This document shows, piece by piece, positions 10,431-19,641 of a DNA stretch of 64,000 nucleotides. The position numbers and the translations under genes are program-made. Each line of letters starts with the position of its first letter. Within the stretch, counting starts at the first letter, position 1. The DNA lies in contig CAZKFF010000002.1 of assembly GCA_964552045.1 (NCBI GenBank), positions 3,855-67,854 on the forward strand, in the 5' to 3' direction. Source of the DNA: an uncultured Candidatus Saccharibacteria bacterium. Lineage in GTDB: Bacteria; Patescibacteriota; Minisyncoccia; Phycocordibacterales; UBA918. The notes under the pieces were generated by a model that saw only the letters and a program-made list of their open reading frames with translations, ran no database searches and had not been told where the DNA came from.

Positions 10431-11174
10431 ATGGCCATTACGATGTATGAAGGAAGCGCCTACGCGCTGCCGGTTCCGGATAAATCTGTTGATCTCATTG
10501 TCACTGACCCGCCGTTCTGGGGCGCAGATGGCAATTATTATGGCGGAGATCAGGCGCAGCAGCTTTCTTCAGGCAGGAATACAAGCAGGGAGGAATACTG
10601 GAAGAATCTGACAAAGGCCACCGTTGAGATGAACCGCGTCTTGAAAGACAACGGAAGCCTCATCATCCATATCGGACAGGGTGAGTATCCGCGGCTCAAT
10701 ACGCTTGAGTATGAACACATATTGTTCTGCACCAAAGAACTTGGCTTGTCGCTCACTTCAGAGATCTATTGGGATATCAGCCAGAACATGTACTCGTTTG
10801 AGCATCTGCATGGCGAGTACCAGGTATTTCGGCACTACACCAAAAATAAGGACTATATCCGCAATCAGTTTGAAATAACCAACCTCAATCCCGCAACGTG
10901 GAGGATTCCGTACCTTGAACGCGATCCGCGCCTGCTCAAGATCGGGGCGCTCGGGCACGGGTTCCCAATAGAGCTCGCCTCGCGCATGATCCGCTGCTTC
11001 ACCAAACAAGACAGCGTAATCCTCGATCCGTTTGCCGGGACCGGCACGGTCAATGTCGCTGCAAGCCTGCACGGCCGTGATTCGATCTATCTCGACTATT
11101 CATCGGTCCAGTACGCGCTTGCAAAAGAACGCTTCGGCCACTTCAAATGCGAGGTCACGGAGGGTAAAAAATAG
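10431..11174 (+). CDS. Orphan site-specific DNA methyltransferase (N4-C/N6-A, beta class)
   Basis: VDLIVTDPPF catalytic motif precedes the DPFAGTGT SAM-binding motif. Confidence 0.85.
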   Translation: MAITMYEGSAYALPVPDKSVDLIVTDPPFWGADGNYYGGDQAQQLSSGRNTSREEYWKNLTKATVEMNRVLKDNGSLIIHIGQGEYPRLNTLEYEHILFCTKELGLSLTSEIYWDISQNMYSFEHLHGEYQVFRHYTKNKDYIRNQFEITNLNPATWRIPYLERDPRLLKIGALGHGFPIELASRMIRCFTKQDSVILDPFAGTGTVNVAASLHGRDSIYLDYSSVQYALAKERFGHFKCEVTEGKK

Positions 11175-11294
11175 CCGAGCTGTAAGAAACACGACCGTTA
11201 AACGTCTAGACAGAAGCAACTATTTATTTGCTTGGAGCGGAGCAGAGGCGGTAAAATATAACAGAGTCATTATTACCATTTAGTGAAACATTAC

Positions 11295-12086
11295 ATGGAA
11301 GGAAAATCATTTTGGGGGAAGGAATACGTACAGGTGCTCATGACCGTTGCGCTTGTTGGCGTCATTGTCGCGCTTGCAGCCTATGCGTACTACACGCTCA
11401 AACAGAGCGAAGGCGTCTACACCGGAGCTGCAGTGATCACCGTGCAGGGTGAAGGTGAGGTCAATGCACGGCCGGACATCGGAGAATTCTCATTCTCGGT
11501 CCTTGCTGAAGGGGCAACAGCAGCAGAGGCTCAGGAGAAATCCGCAACAGCATTGAATGCGGCGCTTGATTTCCTTAAGGAGTCAGGCGTGGAAGAGAAG
11601 GATTACAAGACTGCAAATTATTACCTCAATCCGAAATACCGGTATGAACCGACTGTCTGTACGGCAATGTACTGTCCTCCAAGCAATCCGGTTATCGACG
11701 GCTATGAGGTGAGCCAGACCGTGACCGTGAAAGTGCGCGATCTCGCCAAATCAGGCGACCTCATTTCAGGAGTGGGAGATACAGGCGCAACCAACATCAG
11801 CGGATTGTCATTCACCATTGATGACGAGAGCAGCCTCAAAGCGGAGGCGCGCGAGAAGGCTATCGCCGATGCAAAGGCAAAGGCAGACAAGCTTACCAAT
11901 GATCTCGGCGTCCGTATTGTCCGCATGACCGGATTCTGGGAGGATCAGGGCGGTTACTACCCGATGTATGACCGCGCATATGGAGGAGCTGATATGGCAA
12001 TGGAGAGTTCAGCGATGTCTCCAGAGATGCCTGTGGGCGAAAACACCATCCGCAGCACAGTGAGCATCACCTACGAGGTTAAATAA
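11295..12086 (+). CDS. SIMPL domain (DUF541) protein
   Basis: ITVQGEGEVNARPD and AREKAIADAKAKA motifs; N-terminal TM. Confidence 0.9.
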   Translation: MEGKSFWGKEYVQVLMTVALVGVIVALAAYAYYTLKQSEGVYTGAAVITVQGEGEVNARPDIGEFSFSVLAEGATAAEAQEKSATALNAALDFLKESGVEEKDYKTANYYLNPKYRYEPTVCTAMYCPPSNPVIDGYEVSQTVTVKVRDLAKSGDLISGVGDTGATNISGLSFTIDDESSLKAEAREKAIADAKAKADKLTNDLGVRIVRMTGFWEDQGGYYPMYDRAYGGADMAMESSAMSPEMPVGENTIRSTVSITYEVK

Positions 12087-12107
12087 GTCCGGGGGACTTA
12101 TTTAAAA

Positions 12108-12155
12108 CCTTGACTGATATCTTTTGAGGCTCTGCCTCAAAAGATATCGACAAGG
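12108..12155. repeat. REP-like long inverted repeat
   Basis: CCTTG..GATATCTTTTGAGGC-tct-GCCTCAAAAGATATC..CAAGG. Confidence 0.55.
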
Positions 12156-12200
12156 TGAACCACTCCTGTAAGGAGAAATAAGAAATAGGGCAGAAAATCA

Positions 12201-12234
12201 AGTAAAGCCCGGCGCTATAGCGCCGGGCTTTACT
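12201..12234. repeat. Palindrome/terminator, AAAGCCCGGCGC family copy 1
   Basis: Perfect palindrome AGTAAAGCCCGGCGCTA|TAGCGCCGGGCTTTACT. Confidence 0.75.
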
Positions 12235-12311
12235 TTTTCCAGTGCGGTGGTATCCTGTATGAAATCGCCCGCAGAGGCGTTTTTATTTTGCACAATTAAC
12301 CATCGATCAGT

Positions 12312-12494
12312 ATGAGCAAACTCGGCAATTATCTCCGTGATACTGCAGCAGAAATGAAGCATGTGTCATGGCCAACCCAGATGCAAACCCTCACCTATAC
12401 GGCGCTCGTAATCGGCGTATCGGCGTTGGTCGCGCTGTTTTTGGGAGCGTTCGACTACCTGTTCACACAGGCGCTCGATCTTATTATCAGTTAA
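12312..12494 (+). CDS. secE: Preprotein translocase subunit SecE
   Basis: EMKHVSWPT motif, single TM, directly upstream of nusG. Confidence 0.95.
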   Translation: MSKLGNYLRDTAAEMKHVSWPTQMQTLTYTALVIGVSALVALFLGAFDYLFTQALDLIIS

Positions 12495-12506
12495 TACAAC
12501 CATACT

Positions 12507-13052
12507 ATGGCAAAACAACAGACAGACGGCGAACGGCACTGGTACGCGATCCACACCTACTCCGGATACGAGAATGCAGTTGCACGAAACCTCAAGCAGC
12601 GTATTGAATCGCTCGGTATGGAGACGCAGATATTCGATGTCGTCGTCCCGACCGAAAAGAAGATCCGTGTGAAGGGAGGAAAGCGCATCACTGAAGAAGA
12701 GCGTATCTATCCGGGTTATGTTCTGGTTGACATGATCGTCAATGATGAATCCTGGTACATTGTGCGCAATACTCCTCGGGTGACCGGTTTTGTCGGAAGC
12801 GGTACCCAGCCGGTTCCGCTCTCTGAGGCGGAATATCAGGCGCTCATGAGCCGCATGAGCGACGGCAGCGTCAAGCATAAAGTTGACCTCGTTCCCGATG
12901 ATATGGTCATCATCACTGACGGCCCGTTCAAAGAACTCGAGGGCAAAGTAGGCGAAGTGGATGAGCACAGCGGACGAGTGAAGGTGCTTGTGTCCATGTT
13001 CGGACGCGAGACCCCGGTTGAACTCGATTTCTTGCAGGTGAAGAAGATATAA
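12507..13052 (+). CDS. nusG: Transcription termination/antitermination factor NusG
   Basis: WYAIHTYSGYE, YPGYVLV, TPRVTGFVG and KOW domain. Confidence 0.98.
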   Translation: MAKQQTDGERHWYAIHTYSGYENAVARNLKQRIESLGMETQIFDVVVPTEKKIRVKGGKRITEEERIYPGYVLVDMIVNDESWYIVRNTPRVTGFVGSGTQPVPLSEAEYQALMSRMSDGSVKHKVDLVPDDMVIITDGPFKELEGKVGEVDEHSGRVKVLVSMFGRETPVELDFLQVKKI

Positions 13053-13150
13053 GTTGCAAAGTAGAGCGTAATTCTGTACGATAGCTCCGCTTCTAAGGCA
13101 CACAAAAACCGGCTATGGAACGGTACGTGCCGAACACATAACATACAAAT

Positions 13151-13576
13151 ATGGCAAAAAAAGTATTAAAGAAGATCAAAGTGCAGGCTGTTGGAGGCCG
13201 CGCAACACCAGCTCCCCCTTTGGGCCCGGTCTTGGGACAGGCTGGGATCAACATTGGTGAGTTCGTGAATCAGTTCAACGAACAGACCCGCGAGACCCGC
13301 ATGGGTGAAGTGGTGCCGGTTGAGCTCACAGTCTATGATGACCGAACGTTCACATTCGTGCTCAAAACCTCGCCGGCGTCCCGACTCATCCTTAAGGCGA
13401 TCGGCAAGGAGAAGGGTTCAGGGAAGAACCTTGTATCAAAAGCGGGTGAAATTACACAAGCTCAGATCAAGGAGATCGCCGAGATCAAAATGGCCGACCT
13501 CAATGCAGCTTCTCTTGAAGCAGCAATGCGTATCATTGAAGGCACATGCCGGAGCATGGGCGTTACAGTGAAATAA
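13151..13576 (+). CDS. rplK: 50S ribosomal protein L11
   Basis: [15 protein letters not shown]...GTCRSMG. Confidence 0.98.
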   Translation: MAKKVLKKIKVQAVGGRATPAPPLGPVLGQAGINIGEFVNQFNEQTRETRMGEVVPVELTVYDDRTFTFVLKTSPASRLILKAIGKEKGSGKNLVSKAGEITQAQIKEIAEIKMADLNAASLEAAMRIIEGTCRSMGVTVK

Positions 13577-13715
13577 ATTCTCCAAAAGGTATACAGTTCC
13601 TGTAAGGATAACTGTGAAAAAATAAACTGTCACGAACCTTGCTTGGTATTTTCTGGCAACGAAAATATCGAGGTGTACTGAAACGGTAAATGTTTACGGT
13701 TGAAAGATGATCAGT

Positions 13716-13760
13716 GCATACAAAAAGCCCGGCGCCTTTGGCGCCGGGCTTTTTGTATGC
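13716..13760. repeat. Palindrome/terminator, AAAGCCCGGCGC family copy 2
   Basis: GCATACAAAAAGCCCGGCGCC-ttt-GGCGCCGGGCTTTTTGTATGC. Confidence 0.75.
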
Positions 13761-13776
13761 TACGCTTTCTCTCGCT

Positions 13777-14487
13777 ATGGAACTCATTCCCGTTAAAACA
13801 CGAGTGCTTGTGCCGCCGCAGGACGACCTTTTTGCTGTTTTGGACGAATCACTCCCGTCTATACTCGAGGGTGACATTATCTGTATCAGTTCAAAGGTAG
13901 TTGCAATCCATCAGGGACGATGCGTGAGCATGGAAGGCGTCGATAAATTTGAGCTTATGCGGAAAGAGGCGGAGCTTGTGATTGAGCGTGACTACCAGAA
14001 AACGCCGCTTATCGTAAAACAGGCGACGTTCATCGGTTCGGCAGGCATTGATGAAAGCAATGCCAATGGATACTACATTCTCATGCCGGGAGACATGTTC
14101 GCTTTTGCAAAGGAAGTCCGCGAGTATCTACGCAAAAAATATAGGATCAAAAATATCGGCGTTGTCATCACTGACAGCCGATCGCTTCCCATGCGGTATG
14201 GTGCGACAGGAGTTGCCCTTGCATTCTGGGGTTTTAAACCGCTCATTGATCATCGCGGAGAAAAAGATCTGTTTGGAAGAGAAATCCAACTTGAACGCTC
14301 GAATCTTGTTGACGGAATTGCTGCGGGAGCAAATGTGGTTATGGGAGAAGTTGCAGAAGGAACACCTATAGTTATCGCACGTAGCGTACCAGAGGTTACT
14401 TTTACCGAAGCAAGTTCGAAAGAAGAACTATTCACTGGTTTTGAGCACGATATTTTCCGCGTGCTCTATGAACGCTTCCTCATATAA
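13777..14487 (+). CDS. CofE-like gamma-glutamyl ligase (putative folate polyglutamylase)
   Basis: ISSKVVAI, AGIDESN, GVVITDS, DLFGR motifs of the F420-0:gamma-glutamyl ligase family; adjacent to folA. Confidence 0.85.
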   Translation: MELIPVKTRVLVPPQDDLFAVLDESLPSILEGDIICISSKVVAIHQGRCVSMEGVDKFELMRKEAELVIERDYQKTPLIVKQATFIGSAGIDESNANGYYILMPGDMFAFAKEVREYLRKKYRIKNIGVVITDSRSLPMRYGATGVALAFWGFKPLIDHRGEKDLFGREIQLERSNLVDGIAAGANVVMGEVAEGTPIVIARSVPEVTFTEASSKEELFTGFEHDIFRVLYERFLI

Positions 14488-14981
14488 TCAACCCACTGAT
14501 AGGAGAGACCGTTGTGGTCTCTTTTTTCGTGTTCAGCTGTTGGTGCAAAGTCATCCTCAAAATCAGGGAAGAATGTATCGGCATCTGGCTCGTCGTCGAC
14601 GAGCGTGAGATAGAGTCTGTCAACAAGCGGAAGCGCCTGTTTGTATATTTCATAGCCGCCGCCGATATGTATCTCCTCCTGATCAAGTTCCTGTGCTTTT
14701 TGGAGACCTTCTTCAAGTGAGGAAACCACGACCACACCGTCGTACGTGTACACAGGATTGCGGGTTATGACGATATTCGGCCGTCCCGGCAGTGGCGTAC
14801 CCAGGATCGCCACGATCGACTCAAAGGTCTTGCGCCCCATGACCACCGGGTGGTGGGCGGTGAGTTCCTTGAAACGGCGCATATCGTCAGGAATATGCCA
14901 CAAGAGACCGTTTTCACGGCCAATGGCATGTCTTTTTCTGCTGAGTGCAGCGACGATAACGATGCGGGCTTTGTCTGCCAT
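14466..14981 (-). CDS. folA: Dihydrofolate reductase
   Basis: IGRENGLLWHIPDDMRRFK, MGRKTFES, LPGRPN, IGGGYEIY, ADTFFP. Confidence 0.96.
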   Translation of the reverse strand: MADKARIVIVAALSRKRHAIGRENGLLWHIPDDMRRFKELTAHHPVVMGRKTFESIVAILGTPLPGRPNIVITRNPVYTYDGVVVVSSLEEGLQKAQELDQEEIHIGGGYEIYKQALPLVDRLYLTLVDDEPDADTFFPDFEDDFAPTAEHEKRDHNGLSYQWVDYMRKRS

Positions 14982-15007
14982 ACTGCATTGCAGTATACTA
15001 TATTCCA

Positions 15008-15580
15008 ATGAATCCTGACCTCCTTTCAGACGATCGCTACTTTGAGGATTTCGCTGCGCTTCAGGGGCATCTCTCGCGGCTGAAAGAAGCAGGTAAGAAA
15101 GTCGTGCTCACCCAGGGGGTGTATGACATGCTCCATATCGGTCATGCGCAGTATCTGCAAAAAGCGAAAGCGTTCGGCGATGTGCTGGTGGTCGGCGTTG
15201 ACTCTGACGCGCTCACGCGCAAACGCAAAGGCGAGGGGCGGCCTGTAGTCCCGCAGGAAGAACGCATCAAGATGCTCCTTCATCTGCGCCATGTGGATGT
15301 TGTGGTGCTCCGCGATGTCGATAAGGAACTTGAGGCGCTCATTATGACCATAAAGCCCGATGTCTATATCGCATCTGAATCAACCAAGGACTTCACCGTT
15401 GATGACGCGCTTGCATCGCACTGCGGGGAAGTACACGTGCTGCCACCCCAGGCGACCACCTCGACAACTGCGCGGGTGCGACAGGTAAGCATGCTCGGCG
15501 CAGACCAGCTTGCGCAGGAGCTTGCGCAGCAGATACCGGAGATAGTGCGTACGGCGCTTAACAAGATCAAGTCGAGTTAG
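15008..15580 (+). CDS. HIGH-motif cytidylyl/adenylyltransferase (RfaE domain II / TagD-like)
   Basis: GVYDMLHIGH, LVVGVDSD, KGEGRPVVPQEER, TSTT. Confidence 0.88.
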   Translation: MNPDLLSDDRYFEDFAALQGHLSRLKEAGKKVVLTQGVYDMLHIGHAQYLQKAKAFGDVLVVGVDSDALTRKRKGEGRPVVPQEERIKMLLHLRHVDVVVLRDVDKELEALIMTIKPDVYIASESTKDFTVDDALASHCGEVHVLPPQATTSTTARVRQVSMLGADQLAQELAQQIPEIVRTALNKIKSS

Positions 15581-15582
15581 CT

Positions 15583-16413
15583 ATGCAGGCTATTTTTGCA
15601 TACATTCCCGTGGTACATACAGGCACGCTTTCCTTTTTGCATGCGTATGAGAGGCTGCCACTTGTTCTATTAGACAACGAGGAAGGGAAAAAAGAGAACC
15701 CGTACCTTGAGCGGGATGTCCGTGCGCTTGCTGCAAGCGACATACAGAAAGAGCTGCTCGCCCATGGCTTTGCGGAGGTGACCGTGGCCGCGCCGCGGGA
15801 GCTTCCAGAGAAGCTCGGCGCCTATGATTCCCTTATCGTGCCCTACGATGAGATCGTGGATTTTTTCCTTGAAAAGTATGTGCCGCATATACCTGTACAG
15901 AAGGTCAACTTTTTTTTGCGCTGGACCAAGCAGATATCGGCAACCGAACAGATCATACCGGAAGACCGCGTCATGACGCAGGGCGCATTCGAGAATGACG
16001 TCCTTGCGCGCCTTGAGGAGATAGCAGAACGCAGCCCTGACTGGTGGCGGCAGATCGCCGCGGCCATAGTCAAAGACAACAAGATCGTAGCAACTGCGTA
16101 CAATGCGCACTATCCTTCACCGCACGCTCTTACCATCAACGGCGATCCGCGGTCAAACTTTGACGCAGGGCAGGGAGCGGGCATCTACACATCCATCCAT
16201 GCGGAGGCTTCTGCGCTCGCGCAGGCGGCACGGAAGGGAATTGCTGTTGACGGTGCTGATGTCTACGTGACGACGTTCCCGTGTCCGACCTGCGCGCGAT
16301 CGCTCGTTGAGGCGGGGGTCAAACGCGTCTTCTACAAAAAAGGATATTCGCTTCTGGACGCTGAGGAGATTCTCAAAGGATCTGGTATTGAAATTATTCT
16401 GGTGAAAGATTAG
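15583..16413 (+). CDS. dCMP deaminase family protein with extra N-terminal domain
   Basis: HAE and TTFPCPTC zinc motifs in the C-terminal half. Confidence 0.88.
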   Translation: MQAIFAYIPVVHTGTLSFLHAYERLPLVLLDNEEGKKENPYLERDVRALAASDIQKELLAHGFAEVTVAAPRELPEKLGAYDSLIVPYDEIVDFFLEKYVPHIPVQKVNFFLRWTKQISATEQIIPEDRVMTQGAFENDVLARLEEIAERSPDWWRQIAAAIVKDNKIVATAYNAHYPSPHALTINGDPRSNFDAGQGAGIYTSIHAEASALAQAARKGIAVDGADVYVTTFPCPTCARSLVEAGVKRVFYKKGYSLLDAEEILKGSGIEIILVKD

Positions 16414-16844
16414 CCCACGCGGACGATAACCGGCTTGTCTTTCACATTCCCCACAATAAACTGGGCATGGAGGTGTAACACGGTACCTCCTGTTTTTTCC
16501 ATATCGCCTGAGCGCATCAGAAAGGTGCCACTTTCAATCGCATACTCTTTGGTAATCCACGCAATGTGCTCTTGCAGTTCCGCCCACGACTCCGGAGCAA
16601 TGTCTTTGGTGTTTGTGATGTGTTTATTTGTCACGAAGAGAAAATGATGCGTCGTGTTGTCATATGGATACATATTTGGCGTAACGTACCAGTGTTCGCC
16701 GGTTTTTAAAATAGGAGGGGTATGATACTTCTTCATGTGCTCGGGGCAGAACGGACAGAAGCCTTCAGCCTCGATCTTTTTCATATTTTCGATCTGAAGT
16801 GCAGTCCGTGCATTGTCTATATTCATCAAAGGTTCCTGTGACAT
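16410..16844 (-). CDS. HIT-fold protein (HxHxQ variant)
   Basis: CPFC, NMYPY, GGTVLHLHAQ. Confidence 0.8.
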   Translation of the reverse strand: MSQEPLMNIDNARTALQIENMKKIEAEGFCPFCPEHMKKYHTPPILKTGEHWYVTPNMYPYDNTTHHFLFVTNKHITNTKDIAPESWAELQEHIAWITKEYAIESGTFLMRSGDMEKTGGTVLHLHAQFIVGNVKDKPVIVRVG

Positions 16845-16854
16845 ATGTAAAAGA

Positions 16855-17754
16855 TTAGACGGGTGTTGGAATAAGCATTTTCGGATGCGGTTCATAATCG
16901 TCGCCGAGTATGAAGTGCTCAGGGCGGAAGTCAGTTATATTCTCTATTGCGTCAGCCTCCGGTGAGAGCATCATGGTAGGGAAACGTCGCGGCTCGCGTT
17001 CCAAGAGTTCGCGCACTTTATCGAACTGACTTTCGTAGATATGGGTGTCCGATGTGGTGTGCACGTATTCGACCATCTCGTAGCCGATGAGTTTGCCGAC
17101 CATCATGCCAAATGCGGCATACTGCACCATATTGAATGCGAGTCCGACCGGAGCGTCCGCGCTCCGCTGGAAGTGATGGATGGCGAGCTCCTTCGTTTCG
17201 GGGTAGCACAGCACGTGTATCCAACCGTGGCAGGGAGCGACGACCACTTTCCGTGTACGTCCTTCGTACTGCACCACGTACTGCGGAATCCACGGCGTAA
17301 TAAGATGTGTGCGCAGGTACGGGCGCTCTTTGATCTGCTTCATGAAATGCTCGATCTGGTTGAAGTCACCCTCATCCTTGGTCGGGAAGTGCGTCCATGC
17401 TGCGCCGTAGGAACCGTCGCCTAAGTCGCCTTCAGGGAGATTGAAGATCGCCGTACGTTCTTTACTGACCCAGCGGTCCCAGAACTTGCAGCCGAACGCT
17501 TCGAGCTGTTCCTGGGTGCGCGCACCGTTGAGAAAGGCAATGTGTTCGCCCAATGCTGCGCGCAGGAATGGTCCTGACATATCGCGCTCAGTGATAAGCG
17601 GAAATCCGTTGCGCATATCAAACCGCATCTGGTGCCCAAGGACCATGCGTGTTGTCTCTCCCTGGATGGGATGTACGTCCCGTCCGGTCTCAAGGATGCG
17701 CCGCAAAAGGTCGCGGTACTGGGTGTCTGGCGTGCGTTCTGTGTATGGCTTCAT
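16855..17754 (-). CDS. thyA: Thymidylate synthase
   Basis: APCH catalytic Cys, QRSADAPVGLAFN, DTHIY. Confidence 0.95.
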   Translation of the reverse strand: MKPYTERTPDTQYRDLLRRILETGRDVHPIQGETTRMVLGHQMRFDMRNGFPLITERDMSGPFLRAALGEHIAFLNGARTQEQLEAFGCKFWDRWVSKERTAIFNLPEGDLGDGSYGAAWTHFPTKDEGDFNQIEHFMKQIKERPYLRTHLITPWIPQYVVQYEGRTRKVVVAPCHGWIHVLCYPETKELAIHHFQRSADAPVGLAFNMVQYAAFGMMVGKLIGYEMVEYVHTTSDTHIYESQFDKVRELLEREPRRFPTMMLSPEADAIENITDFRPEHFILGDDYEPHPKMLIPTPV

Positions 17755-17862
17755 AGGATGCGCTTAGACAAATAATACCTATGATATCGCAGCTTGTTTT
17801 GGTCTCCTAGGCTCTGGGATATTAGACAACAAAAACGGGCGGACCGTAGGTCCGCCCCGTGC

Positions 17863-18381
17863 TTATGCCCGTTCTCCTGCATTGTAACGCGCCTCGAATT
17901 CCAAAGCGCGTGCCACGTCCTTTTCACGCTCCTCCTTGCTCTTGAAGACGGGGATGGACAGCGGCCCTGTGCCGCTCGGTACCCAGAGGTTCCAGTGAAG
18001 GTGCAGCATCGTACCGGCATTCAGGCGCATGTCGCCGAACCGGGCGAAGAGCATGCCTCCCGGCAGGTTGAAATGCGCTTCTGCGTACGCGATCATCTCA
18101 GCGAAGGAGGCCCAGGCTTGCGGCGTGACGTCGCTCAGCTTCCGCCAATGCTTTCTCGAGATGATGACAAGCATCACCTCGCACGGACGGGTGTTCTTAA
18201 AGGCGTTCTCGAACATGATCCAGTCCGCGTTCTCGTGGAGGACTGTGTTGATGCTGTGGTCCAAGCCACAGAAGCCGCAGTAGCCATCCTCGAATGTCTT
18301 GCGCAGTTGGCAATAGTACGCGAAGTCGTACGGCAGAGTGGTACAGAACCGCTCTTCCTCGGTCAGCACTTTTTGCGGCAT
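17863..18381 (-). CDS. HIT-fold protein (HxHxN variant)
   Basis: CGFC, W..FENAF, NAGTMLHLHWN. Confidence 0.75.
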   Translation of the reverse strand: MPQKVLTEEERFCTTLPYDFAYYCQLRKTFEDGYCGFCGLDHSINTVLHENADWIMFENAFKNTRPCEVMLVIISRKHWRKLSDVTPQAWASFAEMIAYAEAHFNLPGGMLFARFGDMRLNAGTMLHLHWNLWVPSGTGPLSIPVFKSKEEREKDVARALEFEARYNAGERA

Positions 18382-18486
18382 GTTCGTCTCCCGGTATCCG
18401 CTGAATTTCCAGGCGCTACTACACCATATTTACAGAGATATTTCAAGCATTTGCCGGACTGCCCTTGGTGCTACACTGAAAAGGTT

Positions 18487-18909
18487 ATGGAACTTCCCGT
18501 GCAAAAACTCCATCCGGACGCGAAATTGCCTACATTTGCACACAACACTGATGCAGGTATGGACCTGTATTGCATTGAGGAGATCACGCTTTTGCCCGGA
18601 GAACGCGGTCAGGTGAAGACCGGTATTGCCATCAGCGTGCCCGAGGGCTATGTGGGACTGATCTGGGACAAGAGCGGTATTTCGCATGTGCGGGGACTGA
18701 AGACGCTCGGCGGGGTCATTGACCACGGCTACACGGGAGAAGTGTTTGTCGGGATATACAATACAGGAAATGCTCTGCAGACATTTGGGGTCGGCGACAA
18801 GGTCGCTCAGATACTCATTCAGAAATATGAGCATCCAGCGATAGTGGAAGTATCGTCGCTTACCGCCTCAGAGCGCGGAGCGAAGGGTATTGGAAGCACA
18901 GGAAAATAA
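18487..18909 (+). CDS. dut: dUTP diphosphatase
   Basis: DAGMDL, KSG, GVIDHGYTGE, VAQ, RGAKGIGSTG motifs. Confidence 0.96.
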   Translation: MELPVQKLHPDAKLPTFAHNTDAGMDLYCIEEITLLPGERGQVKTGIAISVPEGYVGLIWDKSGISHVRGLKTLGGVIDHGYTGEVFVGIYNTGNALQTFGVGDKVAQILIQKYEHPAIVEVSSLTASERGAKGIGSTGK

Positions 18910-18910
18910 T

Positions 18911-19585
18911 ATGTCACGGGCAACATTCATCGTATTGGACGGGAAAGACGGTGCAGGGAAGGCGACCCAGACGGCTTTGCTTGTTGCGCGATTGCGCAGT
19001 GAGGGAAGACAGATAGGGACGCTCGACTTTCCGCAGTACACGGTCAATACCTATGGCAAACTCATAAAGGAATGTCTGCAGGGGGAACACGGCGACTTTT
19101 TGGCTGTCGATCCAAGGGTAGCTTCGACTCTCTATGCGGTTGACCGTTTCGAATCCAAAGGACTCTTGCTTGAACTGCTCGCACAGAATGATGTGGTTAT
19201 ACTCGACCGGTATGTGAGCGCGAATATGCTGCATCAAGGTGCCCAGATCGCTGATATGCAGGAACGCCAGGATTTCCTTTTGTGGCTCGAGCATGTCGAG
19301 TACGGTATTTTCGGCATGCCCAAGCCCGACCGCACTATCTCGCTTTCCGTCTCTCCTGAGGACAGCGATGCGATCCTTTTGCGGATGATTGAAGAAGGAA
19401 AAAAGGCAGCGGATGTCGCAGAGTCTGACCGGGAACACCAGAGGCGTGTTGCAGAGTGCCTCCAGTGGCTTGCATCTGTCAAGGAGGATTGGAGTACGGT
19501 ACACTGTAGCAGCGGAATAGACGGGCTCCGGTCGCGTGAAGACATCCATGAAGAGATCTACGGGCTCGTCCAGGAATTACTATAG
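18911..19585 (+). CDS. tmk: Thymidylate kinase
   Basis: DGKDGAGKATQ P-loop, LYAVDR, LDRYVSAN. Confidence 0.9.
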   Translation: MSRATFIVLDGKDGAGKATQTALLVARLRSEGRQIGTLDFPQYTVNTYGKLIKECLQGEHGDFLAVDPRVASTLYAVDRFESKGLLLELLAQNDVVILDRYVSANMLHQGAQIADMQERQDFLLWLEHVEYGIFGMPKPDRTISLSVSPEDSDAILLRMIEEGKKAADVAESDREHQRRVAECLQWLASVKEDWSTVHCSSGIDGLRSREDIHEEIYGLVQELL

Positions 19586-19641
19586 GCTTATGTTGTAATG
19601 CGCTTTACAAAACAGACGTTACTTACTAATGGTTTTTACCC

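Noticed and set aside
17794-18486. Long N-terminal extension of dut
   Set aside because: It is the antisense shadow of the HIT gene; the dUTPase starts at 18487.
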